From positions 38,240,562-38,304,561 of the forward strand of contig NC_068987.1 in NCBI RefSeq assembly GCF_001194135.2: 64,000 bases of DNA, given 5' to 3'. Made by a program: the position numbers and the translations under genes. Positions 51,921 through 64,000 of this stretch are shown in pieces. Numbering within the stretch: the first letter of the stretch is position 1; every line of letters starts with the position of its first letter. The notes below the pieces were generated by a model. The model was not told the DNA's origin. It saw only the letters and a program-made list of their open reading frames with translations, and made no database searches. The stretch is from Octopus bimaculoides (taxonomy: Eukaryota).

Positions 51921-54700
51921 TCATATTTTCTCTGTTTCTCTCCATTTTTTTTTTCTTCCCAGTAGTAATTTGTCAAACGCTGACCTGACTTTCCTAGCGA
52001 ACATTAGTTCAGCTGGTGACATATCTGAAGTGGTGTTGAGATTAGGTGTTATTCGGGAGACACTTAAGAATTGCCTCAGTGCAGTATCAGCTAGTAGCTC
52101 ATTCCTAGATTTTTTCAGCGCCCTCTTAAACGTGTCTACAAAACATTCTGCTAGTTCATTCAATCTCAGATGGTATGGCAGAGTAGTAATATGCTCCATT
52201 GCATGCATTTCGCAAAAGTTTTAAAATTCCTTCGCCATGAGCTGTGTTCCATTATCAGACACTATAGTGTCTGGGACACCATATCACACAAAAAGTTCAT
52301 CCAGAAATTCTATTGTTACTTTGGAGGTTGGCTTCCTACATTACATATTTCTGGCCATTTCGTGTAACTATCCACCTCTATTAGATAATACCCTCCATTT
52401 AACAGTCCTGTGAAATCTTTGTGTAATCTGAACCAATTTATTTCAGTCTTGGGTAGTAATCTGTCTCAAGACTGAATTTCCTTCCATGTATGAATTTGTG
52501 AAATTTTTTCACCACAAAAATAATGGCTAATGCCTCTTTCTCTGTAGTTTTTTGTAGCCACCAACAATGAACGTGAAGCATGAGTTACCCTTTTCATACT
52601 TGTGTAAAATTACCACTCCTATACCAATAGTAGTAGCATCTGATGCTACTACTATTTTAAAATTTGGATCAAAGTGCAATAATGACAGTTCCAATGTTAA
52701 AACTTTTTTAATTTCTTTAAACGCCTGTCCAACCAATACCATTTAACATCGTTTTTCAATAGGTTGTTTAGGAGTGCTCTTAGTTCATGCATATTTGGTA
52801 TATATATTTGGTAATACTTTGTGAGCCCCAAGAACACTTGTAGCATTGTAATATTTTGTGGGGAGGCATACTTTTTATTGCAGTTGATCTTGAAGGATCT
52901 GGCCTGTGGCCATTTTTATTGATAGCACTTTATTTTTGGCATGAAAAATTCGCATTTTTTCCTCATTATGTTTAAATCCATACTCCTTTATTCTTTCAAA
53001 GACCTTTTTAACATGTTCCTCATGCTGGCCTTGAGACTCAATTTTTATGAGTATGTCATCTAAATAAGCTATAGTTAAATCTGTATCTGCAAGTATAGTG
53101 TCCATCACCTGTTGAAAAATACTAGGTGCCATCTTTATCCCAAAAGGAAGTTGATTGAATTTATATAAACCTTTATGGGTGTTTATGGTTAATAATTTTG
53201 AACATTCCTCCTTGACTTGTAACTGTAAATACACCTCCAACAAGTCCAACTTTGAAAAAAATTTTCCTCCATTGAATTTCGCAAAAATTTCCTCTGGACC
53301 TGGTAATGGGTAATTATATGTCATCAAACATTCGTTCAAGCCTGTTGAAAAGTCAGCACATACTCGAATTTTATTATATTTTTTCTTTAGATAAACAGTT
53401 GGTGATGCCCATTCTGAGTAATCAATTTTTTCTATAACTCTAAGATTTTCAAGTCTATCCCATTCCTCATTGACTTGATTCAAAGCCGTGAAAGGTACAG
53501 CTCACTTCGGTTTAAATACCAGTACAGTGTTTTCCTTCACTTGAAATTTTACTTTTGTCTTGGTGCACCTACCTAATTCTTCAGGAAAAACGTCAGGAAA
53601 AATCTTTTTTAATTTCTTTTTTAAATCCTCTGATGCCTTATTTGAACTGGCATAAGAACCGTTTACATTATCACAAAAAATTTTTATGGGGAGGTCCCAT
53701 AAATTAAATAGTTCCATCCAGTCTCTGCCAAATAGGTTTGTCATATTTTTTAATACAAAAATTTTGGCTTTCAAAGTTTTTCCACGAAATGTTACCTCAT
53801 TTATCATTTCGCCTAAAAATTGCAACTGTTTCCCTGAAATACCTCACACAATTTTCAAAAGTTTTTTCAATGTAGGCTTTCTTATTTTACTCCACTTATC
53901 ATCGTTAATTATTGTGATATCACTACCTGTGTCCAACTGTAGTCTTGTATTCACATTATTTATTTTTATGGAGACAAATTTTCTTTTTTGTACCTCACTT
54001 TGCATTTGTGTTGACAATACTTTTTTTCTCAAATTTTTTTCCATTAGACTTCTTTCGTTTTACGCAACAATGTGAATTCTTATGTCTGATTTTTCCACAT
54101 CCAAAACATTTTAAATTTTTAGAAGGACAGTTTCTTTTAAAATGTATTTCTCCACGCCCATAGCATGGTTTGGGTCTTGACTGTTGTTTTTCTTTTTTTT
54201 TTATCTGTTATAGATCGACACGTATGTATATTTGAATAATCTTTTTCAGTTTTTTCTGCGTCCTGTTGTAAATTTATAATCCTTTGGAATTCTTCAGCCA
54301 CTGCCTGTAGAGTTAGTTTTGAATCTTATTGTAGTTTTGTCAATATCTGAACCTGTATCTCTGCATCTTTGCTTGCAGTTAATCCTTGTACAAAGATTAG
54401 ACATTTGAACATATGCGGGGTTAATTTGTTTAGTTTGAATTTTTCACATTCTCTGTTTATGATTTTGACATATGTGATAAAATCTTCAGTTTCTTTTCTT
54501 TTTTGCAAATTCAAGCACTCTTTCGCTGAATATTTTAGATAACAGGTTAATTGTTTCCTCGAAACAAATTTCGGATGGTTTTCTCAGCAGGATGTAATTA
54601 CAATACTTTCCATGTTCTTCGGATGATAATTTCCTTAAAAGTCGTGCCTTCTTTTTGTTCGTCCAGTTTCTACATTCTTCTTTGAAAATTCCTTCATACC
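51921..54700 (-). pseudogene. gag-pol remnants of the gypsy element
   Basis: Protease LQLDTGSDITII (53844-54044); RT WASPTV..RVCADF..FSKLDL..LPFGI..AYLDDILI (52875-53483); RNase H VASDA (52527-52742); integrase LAECFVDTFKRAL..TP..SPAELMF (51921-52208); multiple stops and frameshifts. Confidence 0.92.
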
Positions 54701-54987
54701 TTCTGAAGTATGCAGAAAACGTAATCCAATCAGGATTATAAGTAAATTCTTCAATTCAATTAGCAACCCCATCTGCTGAAAATGAACCTGAAGTGTTTTG
54801 GGGCTGCAGCATAATTCCAACAACTGTTGATTTTGCTGTTGTTGTATACATATATATACATATATATATACATTGTTGTTATATACATATATATACGTCG
54901 TTGCAGCTGTTCTGTTGTTGTTGCAACTGTACCACAAAAACTAATAGGTCTTCCATGCTAAGAACGTCCACAGTGAGCTTCGAATGT

Positions 54988-54997
54988 CTCGTCGCCA
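54988..54997 (-). promoter_or_regulatory. Primer-binding site TGGCGACGAG
   Basis: 1 nt inside the 5' LTR end; complementary to a 3' end CUCGUCGCCA, as in metazoan tRNA-Ser(GCU) (recalled, not checked). Confidence 0.8.
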
Positions 54998-54998
54998 C

Positions 54999-55246
54999 TA
55001 TTATATCCTTGAATTTGGATATAGACTACACTGTATGTTATAACAGGGTTATAATACAACAAAAACTAAATCAGTAACAAACATGTAACAAACTTATATC
55101 TCTTCTCAATGACTTCTGCGACTGCCTTCACAAATGCAACTGTACACACCACACTGTACGTCACACAGTCAGTGCGCATGCACCTTTATAAAGTTTAGGG
55201 TACTTCACTTGCTATCCCACAGGGGTGTCAGGATTTCACCACAGCA
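54999..55246 (-). repeat. 5' LTR
   Basis: Begins TGCTGTGGTGAAATCC on the minus strand; aligns to the 3' LTR with many substitutions and small indels. Confidence 0.92.
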
Positions 55247-57269
55247 CATACATATATGATGTTTGCAATTCAGTTTTGAGCAATACCATCATTTGGCTGT
55301 TCTCTTAAACATGAACAGTACAGATGTAACTTGTCAGGCCTGCAAGAGATCTACATTCTTTTGCATGAATGTGGTCATGATGGGTGCCTCTTGCAGTAGA
55401 TGTGCAGAGAGCTTATCACTCATGCTGACATGCCTTCATTTCATCATAGAACTTTCCATTGGGTGTTTTGCGGGGGTTTTTTTCACTGCTGACAGCCACA
55501 GTATCCAACACATAATAGAGATGTAAAGAAAGATGTTAAAACTCAAGAAATGCCTGTGTTTGAAGCTTTTTAAAGTGAGGAAAAGGCCTTGCACAGGGCC
55601 AATCTCACACTCTGAACAATGCATGTATTTGCTCCAAAAAGAAGTAGTGAACATTATTGGAAGCAAATGAAGGTGCTGGTGTTATATCAAGGTTTTCCTT
55701 CTCCTAAAGAGATGTCTAAACAAGCAAAGACATCACACTCAAATGTTGAACAGCCATTGACTTTACTAAATTCATCTGCCCTTTGACAGATATAACTTAG
55801 TACAACTTGTCATATTGTCAGGTCATTAACAGCTAAACCACTAGCCCTACCAAGCTTGTTTGGTATGGGGGTGGTTTTCACTGGACACTTTGCAAGGTGA
55901 AAATCAAAACATTATGTGTGTGTGTGAGGGGGTGTGTATGTATGTAAGTATATATATGTTTTCCTCTGCCTATCCATCTGTCTGTCTATCTCAGGGTTAG
56001 ATCAAGATGATTGGAAGTCATTTTTTTTTTATCCTTTAATAAGGAAACAAGGCAGTGTCCATAGCACCACCATCTGACACCAAATGTACCAGGTAGTAAT
56101 GTTACAGACATTACCTTCCAGAGGTAGTGCCCAAGGTGACAGGTTGTGTTGTTAGACTGTGTGATCTGGTAGATTGTGTAACCAAGTAGGCCATGGTGGG
56201 ATTTTAATTTAGAAGGCAAAGAAACAGCAAATATCATAAGACATATGGCACATTGTTCTTTTAATTCTGCAAGTCTGCTGCCTCTATTATTCTGCAATTT
56301 TTTATTTTTTTTATTTTTATTTTTTTATCAATTCCAATAGAATGAATGGCAAAAATTTACCTTCTGCAAAATTTGAACTCAGTGGGAAAAGAATCAGAAC
56401 AAATACTGTGAGCTATTCTGTTTGTCTCAAACAACTCTGCCAATTTGCTGCCTGCACAAACAAAATGCAAAATAGTGAATTTATTCAATTTATTTGTTGA
56501 ATTCACACAGGCAACATAAGGAAAAGTAATGTATGTATTTCAGTTTAGTGTTTCCTCAGTGAGAAACTGGAAGGAGAAAGAGAAAGGGAATAAAAATAGT
56601 TTCAAATATTCATTGATATCCAACAATTCTGAAATAAATAAATAAAAATGTCATGGAAACACTCCTTATGGTGAATAAAAATAATTCACTGAAACTTACC
56701 ATTCACTACTTTATTTATGTATTGTATCAATAAGAAATGAATGTGTTACCTCACTAACAATGAGATGAATGGTAAGTTGGATGAATGAGAAGAGTAGTTG
56801 TTGATTTTTGATTCATCATGTTTATTGTTAGACAACTGTATTGTATGTGACCATCCAATGAGGAATGACAGTGTAACAACAGAAAGTTATATTCATGCAG
56901 TGGCCTGGTTGAACATTCCTGTAGTTATGTGTAAATGAGAAAAAGATACAGAAAGAGAAAAAAGATGAGTGAATGAATACAAGTGTTCCCTGCCATAATT
57001 TAATTTTTAAGTTTGTAGCAATTTCTCTTGCTTGTGTTACAGACTCTTCATGTCGACAGTTCTAATTATGAAACAATATCTGATATTGAACTTTGCCAAA
57101 CACATCTGTCTGGCCTCTGTTCTTCTGCCTTTTCAGTCTTTGGTCTGTTCTCTTTTTATACATTCCAGAATAAATCTGATTCCACAAATTTGTTATGATG
57201 TAACGGATAATGCATATGTTGGAAGGTGAAGATGATGTTAATGCTGACTCCAAGAAAGAAAGACAAAGT

Positions 57270-60024
57270 TGTAGCTAACATATTTATTTCTACATTACAT
57301 ATAATAAAAGCCAAACCACGATGGGCAGGTGTGTATAAACAATCGGAAATCTAAGAAGTAATGAGAGCTATATTTTCTTGTAAAAGGGTAGATCGCATTG
57401 GACTTACATATTCCCATATTCCCTGTCGTTCTAGCAGCAGTAACTAAATAGATCAAGTGATGTTGTTGAAACAAAAGTGAATGAGTGAGAAGGTAAGAGA
57501 GAGGTGGACAAGACAACTGTATCGCTAGTAGATTTCATAGCTCTACTTCTAAGATGTTCTGTCGAGACTCTGTCGGTTGCTCTCACCCGCTGCTTTTTCC
57601 TTACAAAATGCTAGTATTTATAATTGTGCAGGCTAGCTAGGAAAATAGATACACCGTTCTAACAATGGCTAAATTAATGTAGGTCAAACTTTGTTACCTA
57701 AACTTTCTATGATATAGCAATGTCTTGGTCAAACAGAAAACGCATTAATCAGCATTCACTTTTGACAGGATAATAGGTCATATGGCTAGGGAAAACCTCA
57801 AGATTTAGTTTCAGATCTCAACTAGAGAGAGAAATTTGATTTCCACATCACCTCCTCCCTAGTGAGTTTTTGAGAAATGAAAATCAAATGATATACATTA
57901 TTATCTATGAAATCAGAAGTACAATGGCTTAATGCATTTTATGTATGCTAGGAAAGGTGCATTCATGTGTGCAATAAAATAAAACAAACATTTTCAAAGG
58001 GAGTGAAAGCAAATAGATGTTAAAACTGATGAAGCCGAAACAGAAAAAATGCAACATTTCAGGACCAAAGTGAAAAATCAACATTCAGAATTGTGTAATG
58101 TGTCAGTGTGGATGAATGTGATGCAAGGCTGAGGCAATGTGCTAGTACAGTGATTACAAATACAGTACTGAATATGCCAGTGACTGAGGCAGTGCTGAGT
58201 ATGCTAGCAAAAGTGTAGCATGCTGACGCGTTGTAATGGACAAACAACTCCCTCCATTAAATACATAATTGACAAAGGGTCTAATGAAGATAAGTTGTGT
58301 CTACACGGGCACAGAGGGCATGAGGAGCAAGTGAGAAAGGCATGGTGTGGTGCATGAGTGTAACAGTGTAATCATGCAGGTATATGTATGGACATTAGTA
58401 AAAACTTTCTTTTTATTTTGTTTTACAAACAAAATACAGAGCAGTGCATAAATGGGTCAGTGTGCAAGGAAAGAAACTGCAGACTTCAAAAATAGAACAT
58501 GTAGCAGAGACCATGCAATAAACACAAGAGTACAATACATGCTCATGAAATGTGCAAGTGGCCAAAGAGACAAGTACATAATAAAAAATATTGAACATTA
58601 TAAAAAAACATATGCACATGAATTAGTTGCAGAAATGAGACATCCGACATGCATTGAGTCTGGAGAAGAGGTGCATACAAAGAAAGAGTTGTTGAGAGTC
58701 TATATATTCACAAAAGTCCATGAATAATGCAGGATCTGTATGTTGAAACAAGATGAAAAATGTGTGTCTGCTGAAAACATTGCGTGTGTGGGCTTCCGTA
58801 TTTTCATCCAGCTAGTTTTAGGGCAGGTGGCTGTCAAAATGTTTCATTTATGATCTTCCATTGTCAGCAAGTTTTTTGGTAGCCCTGTGCATTGTAATGG
58901 AATGCATCACAGAGTGCGTCACATTATAGTGTGTTCTGTAGCAATTTGAACATGAGTTGTGGCTTGATGAAAGTGCATTTTGTGGCACTTAAGTAGTAAC
59001 TGGGAAGAAGTTGACTGTGGAATCTTGGCAGAGAACTGTGAGATCTGATTGTCAGTGGATGGCACGTAGATGGATTGAGACTGCACATTAAGTTGATAAG
59101 GGTGCATATTGATGCTGACAAAGGTTGTCATTCTTTTCTTTGGGTATAATGATTGTTGAAGCAAAGGCTGTATTTATTTAGTTTGGATATAATGGTTGTG
59201 TGACACCTCCTGTCAAATATAACAGTTGAAGTGAAGGCTGTGGTTCTTTAACTAGGGGTCACCAGATGTAATATAGGTGTTGCCAAATGAACCGACCAGG
59301 GATTTAATGTGTTAGTGAACCTTGGCTTTTTGGCATGTGACACAGCTCCTGGCCCTTTCATGGATGTCTTTGTTGACACTGGCCCAAACAAAGTGGGTCG
59401 ATATCAGCTTTTGCATGAAATGGATACCAGGATGTGACAGGGAATGCAGGGCAGAGAACACATCATTCTGTGGTACATAAATACATTCATGCCTGGTGGA
59501 ATATCACACCAAATATGGCCTGTGGGAAAAGGTATCGAAACTTACTGAAATTTTAGAGATGATAAATTTCGGTCCTTTAGGAGTTCTTCATTATTTTTCT
59601 GGTCAGCTGCTATAGATTGGAGATCAATATTGGCAGTGGTGTGGATTGAATTGAGCTGCACATGTGACAGTGCATCGGCTGCTGAGCTGGTCGAACCCTT
59701 GATGTGACATATGTCTGTAATATATTGTGACATGAAGTCAAGATGGCGATCAGGTTTTGTATTGAGTGCATACACCAGTGGTTTTTTCCTGGAGAATTCT
59801 GGTATTTATAATTGTGCAGACTAGCTAGGAAAATGGGTATACTGTTCTAACAATAGCTAAATTAATGTATGTTGAACTTTGTTTACCTAAACTTTCTTTG
59901 ATATAGCAATGTCATGAGTCAAACAGAAAACACATTAACCAGGACAATAGGCCATATGACTAGGAAGAATCTCTAGACTCAGTTTCAGATCTCGACTAGG
60001 GAGACAAATTCAATTTCCACAATG
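57270..60024 (-). mobile_element. Second Ty3/gypsy element, deleted from inside the 5' LTR to the RNase H end
   Basis: Direct repeat about 57612-57850 / 59803-60024; PPT agggaggagg before TGATGTGGAAATC; RHLDFMSQYITDICHIKGS..AADALS (59542-59775); integrase LHSLSHPG..FVW..ARSCVTCQKAKVH and HP..RFHSQL. Confidence 0.75.
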
Positions 60025-60879
60025 TCATCACTAGAAAATCTGTTAGTTGTTTACATATAATTTTATTGACTAGATTTTTGCTGATATCATTACTCAATCT
60101 GCCAAAATTTTGGTGGTTGTTTACAAATAAATTCTTGATCAGAAGCAAAATGATGTCTGCAGATTTGAACCAAACTGTAAACTTACTACACTATAAGGAA
60201 GTTTTGGCTAAAGTTTTCAACTTAAATGTCATGTTTATATTATGGACAAAATTATCACAAATAATTCCCTTTGACATTCATCGTCTACCACACATATTAC
60301 TAACATACAAACACATTCACAAATGTGAGCTTTTATGTAGTTACTTGACCTGCTAGAAATAGCAGTCAAGTTTCAGTTAGCCAGAATGACACCATAATGA
60401 TGAAAACAGAATCATGATTATATAAAGTGCAACTATATAAAGTATTATGTACATTAAATATACACATGTTTATATGAATAATGCAATAAAATCAAATTAA
60501 ATATTTTACATTGAATTTTCATATATATATATATATATATATAAAGCAATAAAATTACAGGGAAAGTTATTTTCATATATATCAAACCAAAAAATAATCT
60601 TTTTTTATATATATGATATTGATTAAATATAGTTAAAAATATTTTGAATTTTCAAATAATGTAAGAAGGAAATATTGTTTGTTGAATTGAATATTTGTAG
60701 CAAAATTTTATTTTCTAAGCACAGATTTACTATTTATGAAATAAAAAATGAAAAATGCCAATGTTGCATGCAGCCAGAGCATGTAAGGCAAAGGTACAAC
60801 TTAGGTTTTATAATTTTTCTTTTTCTGTCTATTGTAATTGCACTTTATTCAAGTATATCTTATTCAATGAATGACTAAA

Positions 60880-62945
60880 TATGAATGAGCAATGGCAGCA
60901 AGGAGACAGAGAGTGAACAAAACAAAAGAGGAAAGTGCAGCTTGACATAGATAAGCATGAGAAAGACTTTCTCAAGAGCAGTGAGAATGCATTTGGCTCA
61001 AAATACTGAACAACATACAGTGGCTCAGCAACAATTTTTTTGAAAACAGTTCAAATGAATTTTAGCTCAAAAGGCTGAACAGCATAGAGTAGCATAACAA
61101 CAGCTTTCTCAAGCAATGAGAAGAGGTACTTAAACAAGATTCTGAGCAGCAACATCCAGTACACCAGCAACAAGGACAGTACTTAATAGCCTAAGAGTGT
61201 TTTAATCATCAAAACATACAAAGAATCTTGAGTGTTGCAAGAAAGCATGGCCTACACTCATATCTAGAGTAACCTGTCATAATTGCAGCCATTGTAATAC
61301 ACTAATGTCCCTGGAAGAGCACACTAGAGAAACATTGGCCTATCCTGATTTGATAACTTGTTGTAGCTCCAGCTTAATCTATATTCCAGAGGTACCAGAT
61401 TTACTTGAACTACATCAATTGTATTGTTCATACTAGCTTCACCTGAAGCAAAATATTTCCGAGGAATACTCAGAGGTTCAACAGCGCTCTTTGGTTATGT
61501 GTAGCATGAAAATAAATAAGAATTATGGATGCTAGAGACCATTTCACTTAAAGAATTCATAGTTTCTTCCTTTTTTTCCTCTTTTTTTGTAGTATTTATG
61601 GATGTATCATCCTGTCTGAAAGATTACTTCTATGATACAGAAGAACAAATTTCGATGCTGCTATTTTCCATTTGCATCATTATGCTATAGTTTCAGCTTG
61701 TAACATTTAATTTATAATCATTCCTGCCTGCTCAAGAACAGATTGACTCTGGTACAATACTGGAAAATGTTTCTGTCTGATTACAAGCTGACAAAAGTCC
61801 TGATGGGAAACACACTCAAAGATTCAACTTCTGTACGTAGATTGAGATTGTTGTATTGATGCCTGGTAGTGACAAGGAATCTCATGAAACTGGTAAAATG
61901 CTAGCAGGCAAGTACCCAGCAAAGAACCATTAGAAAAAGTTTTCAAATATTTAACAAATCTCTTTGAATCTGTGATCCCTATGATATCCTTTTACCTGGT
62001 GGTTTAACTGGTTGGTATTTTGGGATACTAAACCAAAGAGGCAATAGAAAAACGGCATATCTTTAATTTTATTCTTTTCAGATAATGAAGAGAGCTGAAT
62101 CAATGATACATTGCATCAAACACCATTTATTCCAATAGTTTTGGGTAGACTACTGAGTCAAAGTCTAGTTTGATTGCTTGTAGTATATTTGAAACTATCA
62201 ATGGGTCCTACAAGCAAACTTATATAACAGTCTGGCAGATGCTGTTTCACAGGTGATACTTACTGGACTGGAAGATCATATATTCTCCCAAACACATTTA
62301 CAGGTAGTCTGAAATATATGGCAAAGATGTGATAGCTATCATAAAATTAAAGAACAAATATTGTTTGTGGCATTTATCTGCAACCCAAAATAAGAAAATA
62401 CAAGAAAACTCAATGCAGATCAATCCACCATAGATCATCCTAAAAAAAAAAAAACCATACATGTTTTCAAGCTGAAATGGTAGCAACTTCTACAAGATTT
62501 CAAATATGGTGTTGTGGCAAAATTAATGTCCCATCTGAGCTCAACTGAATTCCAAAAAAAAAGCAGTTTACCTAATTTTCAACTCCAACAATTGGCAAGA
62601 AATTGAAAAAGTTCTCTCTGCTGAGCTTCTCAATTCAAAATAATGCATGCACACAGTTGGTCTTTGTAGATTGGTAAAGAAATACAAGGACTAACTTCAT
62701 TTTGCAGGTTTTGTTTATAAATGTTAAGTGATGAGGACTTGTTCACTGCATCCTCAGTGAAGTCCTACTGAAGGAAGTCATACTTCTATTGTGAGGGCTG
62801 GAAACAGTGACATTGAGGAAGGTAATCAACACCTAGGTCCCTACAATGCTTGGTTGTTTCAAAAATATGAAGTCCACATCAATGTTGAGTGATGCATATC
62901 TGTTAAAATTGTCAAATATCTATATAAATACAGTCAAAGATACAG
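60880..62945 (+). mobile_element. Helitron Rep/helicase gene remnant (N-terminal and Rep regions)
   Basis: Frame-broken motifs KYFR.NTQRFNSAL, FYSFQIM..LFQ*FWVDY, LYNSLADA..ILPNTFTGSLKYM, FICNPK, VFKLK, PYNAWLFQKYEVHINVE*CISVKIVKYLYKY. Confidence 0.85.
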
Positions 62946-63099
62946 ATCGTTTTACTATCTTGGAAGAAACAGAATGTAAATAATGTAAACCATCAAGATG
63001 TGATCATACACACAAGCATATCCATGCAAGTAAGCTTACAACTATAGTAAGGAGAAGGTGATGGGAAGAGTATGACATGCAATTAACATCACAAATTAC

Positions 63100-63600
63100 C
63101 CAATCTAAACATTAAAATCACAGAATACCATATACCACAAAGGTTACTCTTTAATTTTGTCCAAAACAAAATTGAAAGACACTATGGAAACCACTACAAA
63201 ATTCAAATTCATCAACCATAGCTATCATAATATAAGCATCCATGAAATATTTACAAATTTCCCAAAAGCACATACCTCTTTCTAATGAAAGAAACAGACT
63301 TCACCAAACAACAATTAACTTTAATGAGATTAACAAATAAATTCAATAAATGAACAACATGTTTCTCCATAAACCCCAAAAATATAATGATATAAACACC
63401 CGAACAAATTCAACAAGAGTAAACATTAGACCACAAAAAACTCCCCCAAAAAACTCAGATAATTAAGTAGCAGAAAAATGACTGCCAATTAGCAGATGCA
63501 AAATAAAAAAAAACAACTAATCATCAGACACAAGCAAGAGATCACATTGACACCATCAAATATAATTCAGCAACAACACTCAGCTGTAACAGTTTCCACT
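63100..63600 (+). mobile_element. Possible Penelope-like RT C-terminal remnant
   Basis: A/C-rich, with weak motifs (ETDFTKQ..FNE); highly degenerate. Confidence 0.3.
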
Positions 63601-63817
63601 TGAAGATTTCACCAACATGAAATCTGAATCACAAGACAAAATATTTAGTTTAATGAAACTTTGTGTGTGTGGAAAAAGAGAGAGAGAGAGAGGGAGAAAG
63701 AGTAAAACATTGAATGGTTTCGCAGGGAATATAACAAATGCATAATTATATTTACTATAAGTACATGTGTATCTCTACATTTTTCCACCTGTTGTCTTTT
63801 GACCTAGCCAGTGTAAA

Positions 63818-64000
63818 TCATCATCATCTTTTAACGTCCACTCTCAGTGCTGGCATGGGTTAGATAGTTTGACTGAGCTGATAAGCTGGAGAGCTGAACC
63901 AGGTTCCAGTCTGATTTGGCATGGTTTCTACAGTTGGATGCCCTTCCTAATGCCAATCACTCCTGGGGTGTAATGGGTACTTTAATGTGCCACTGGCATG
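63818..64000 (-). mobile_element. 3' end of an abundant (ATG)n-tailed retroposon, cut by the window edge
   Basis: catcatcatc..aacgtcc..gctggcatgggtt..ggatgcccttcctaatgcc; related fragment near 44850-44865. Confidence 0.65.

Larger units (their letters stand above)
51245..55246 (-). mobile_element. Ty3/gypsy LTR retrotransposon with both LTRs, decayed
   Basis: LTR pair, PBS, PPT, 5-bp TSD CATAC (51240-51244 and 55247-55251), domain order gag-PR-RT-RH-IN. Confidence 0.95.

Noticed and set aside
58230-58727. Plus-strand peptides (RVVMDK.., ELVAEMRHP) suggesting piggyBac
   Set aside because: Motifs are too weak, and the region lies between the integrase core and PPT of the minus-strand gypsy element

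Overview
AT-rich, microsatellite-dense eukaryotic DNA. The repeat families (tRNA-derived SINEs with internal (TA)n(TG)n, (ATT)n-tailed SINEs, mariners) match what I recognise from Octopus genomes; the species assignment is an inference. No intact protein-coding gene, tRNA, rRNA or CRISPR array is present. The window is mostly decayed mobile elements: Tc1/mariner copies of four families (mariner x2, DD37D x2, DD41D, Tc1), two hAT MITEs, RTE-clade LINE pieces, an R4/Dong-like fragment, Penelope-like fragments, two minus-strand Ty3/gypsy elements (one with both LTRs, PBS, PPT and a 5-bp TSD) and a Helitron remnant. The most notable non-annotated structure is a set of minimal type I hammerhead ribozyme motifs with palindromic stem III. 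One has its catalytic core inside a perfect 32-bp hairpin, and two sit in about 245-bp inverted arms. Also notable: an RTE with an inverted 5' part, a microhomology-stitched inverted duplication, head-to-tail SINE arrays, and a candidate host-gene first exon ending at a strong donor at 29577/29578. I found no clearly new biological system. These structures are variants of known retroelement biology and were read by eye without computation.
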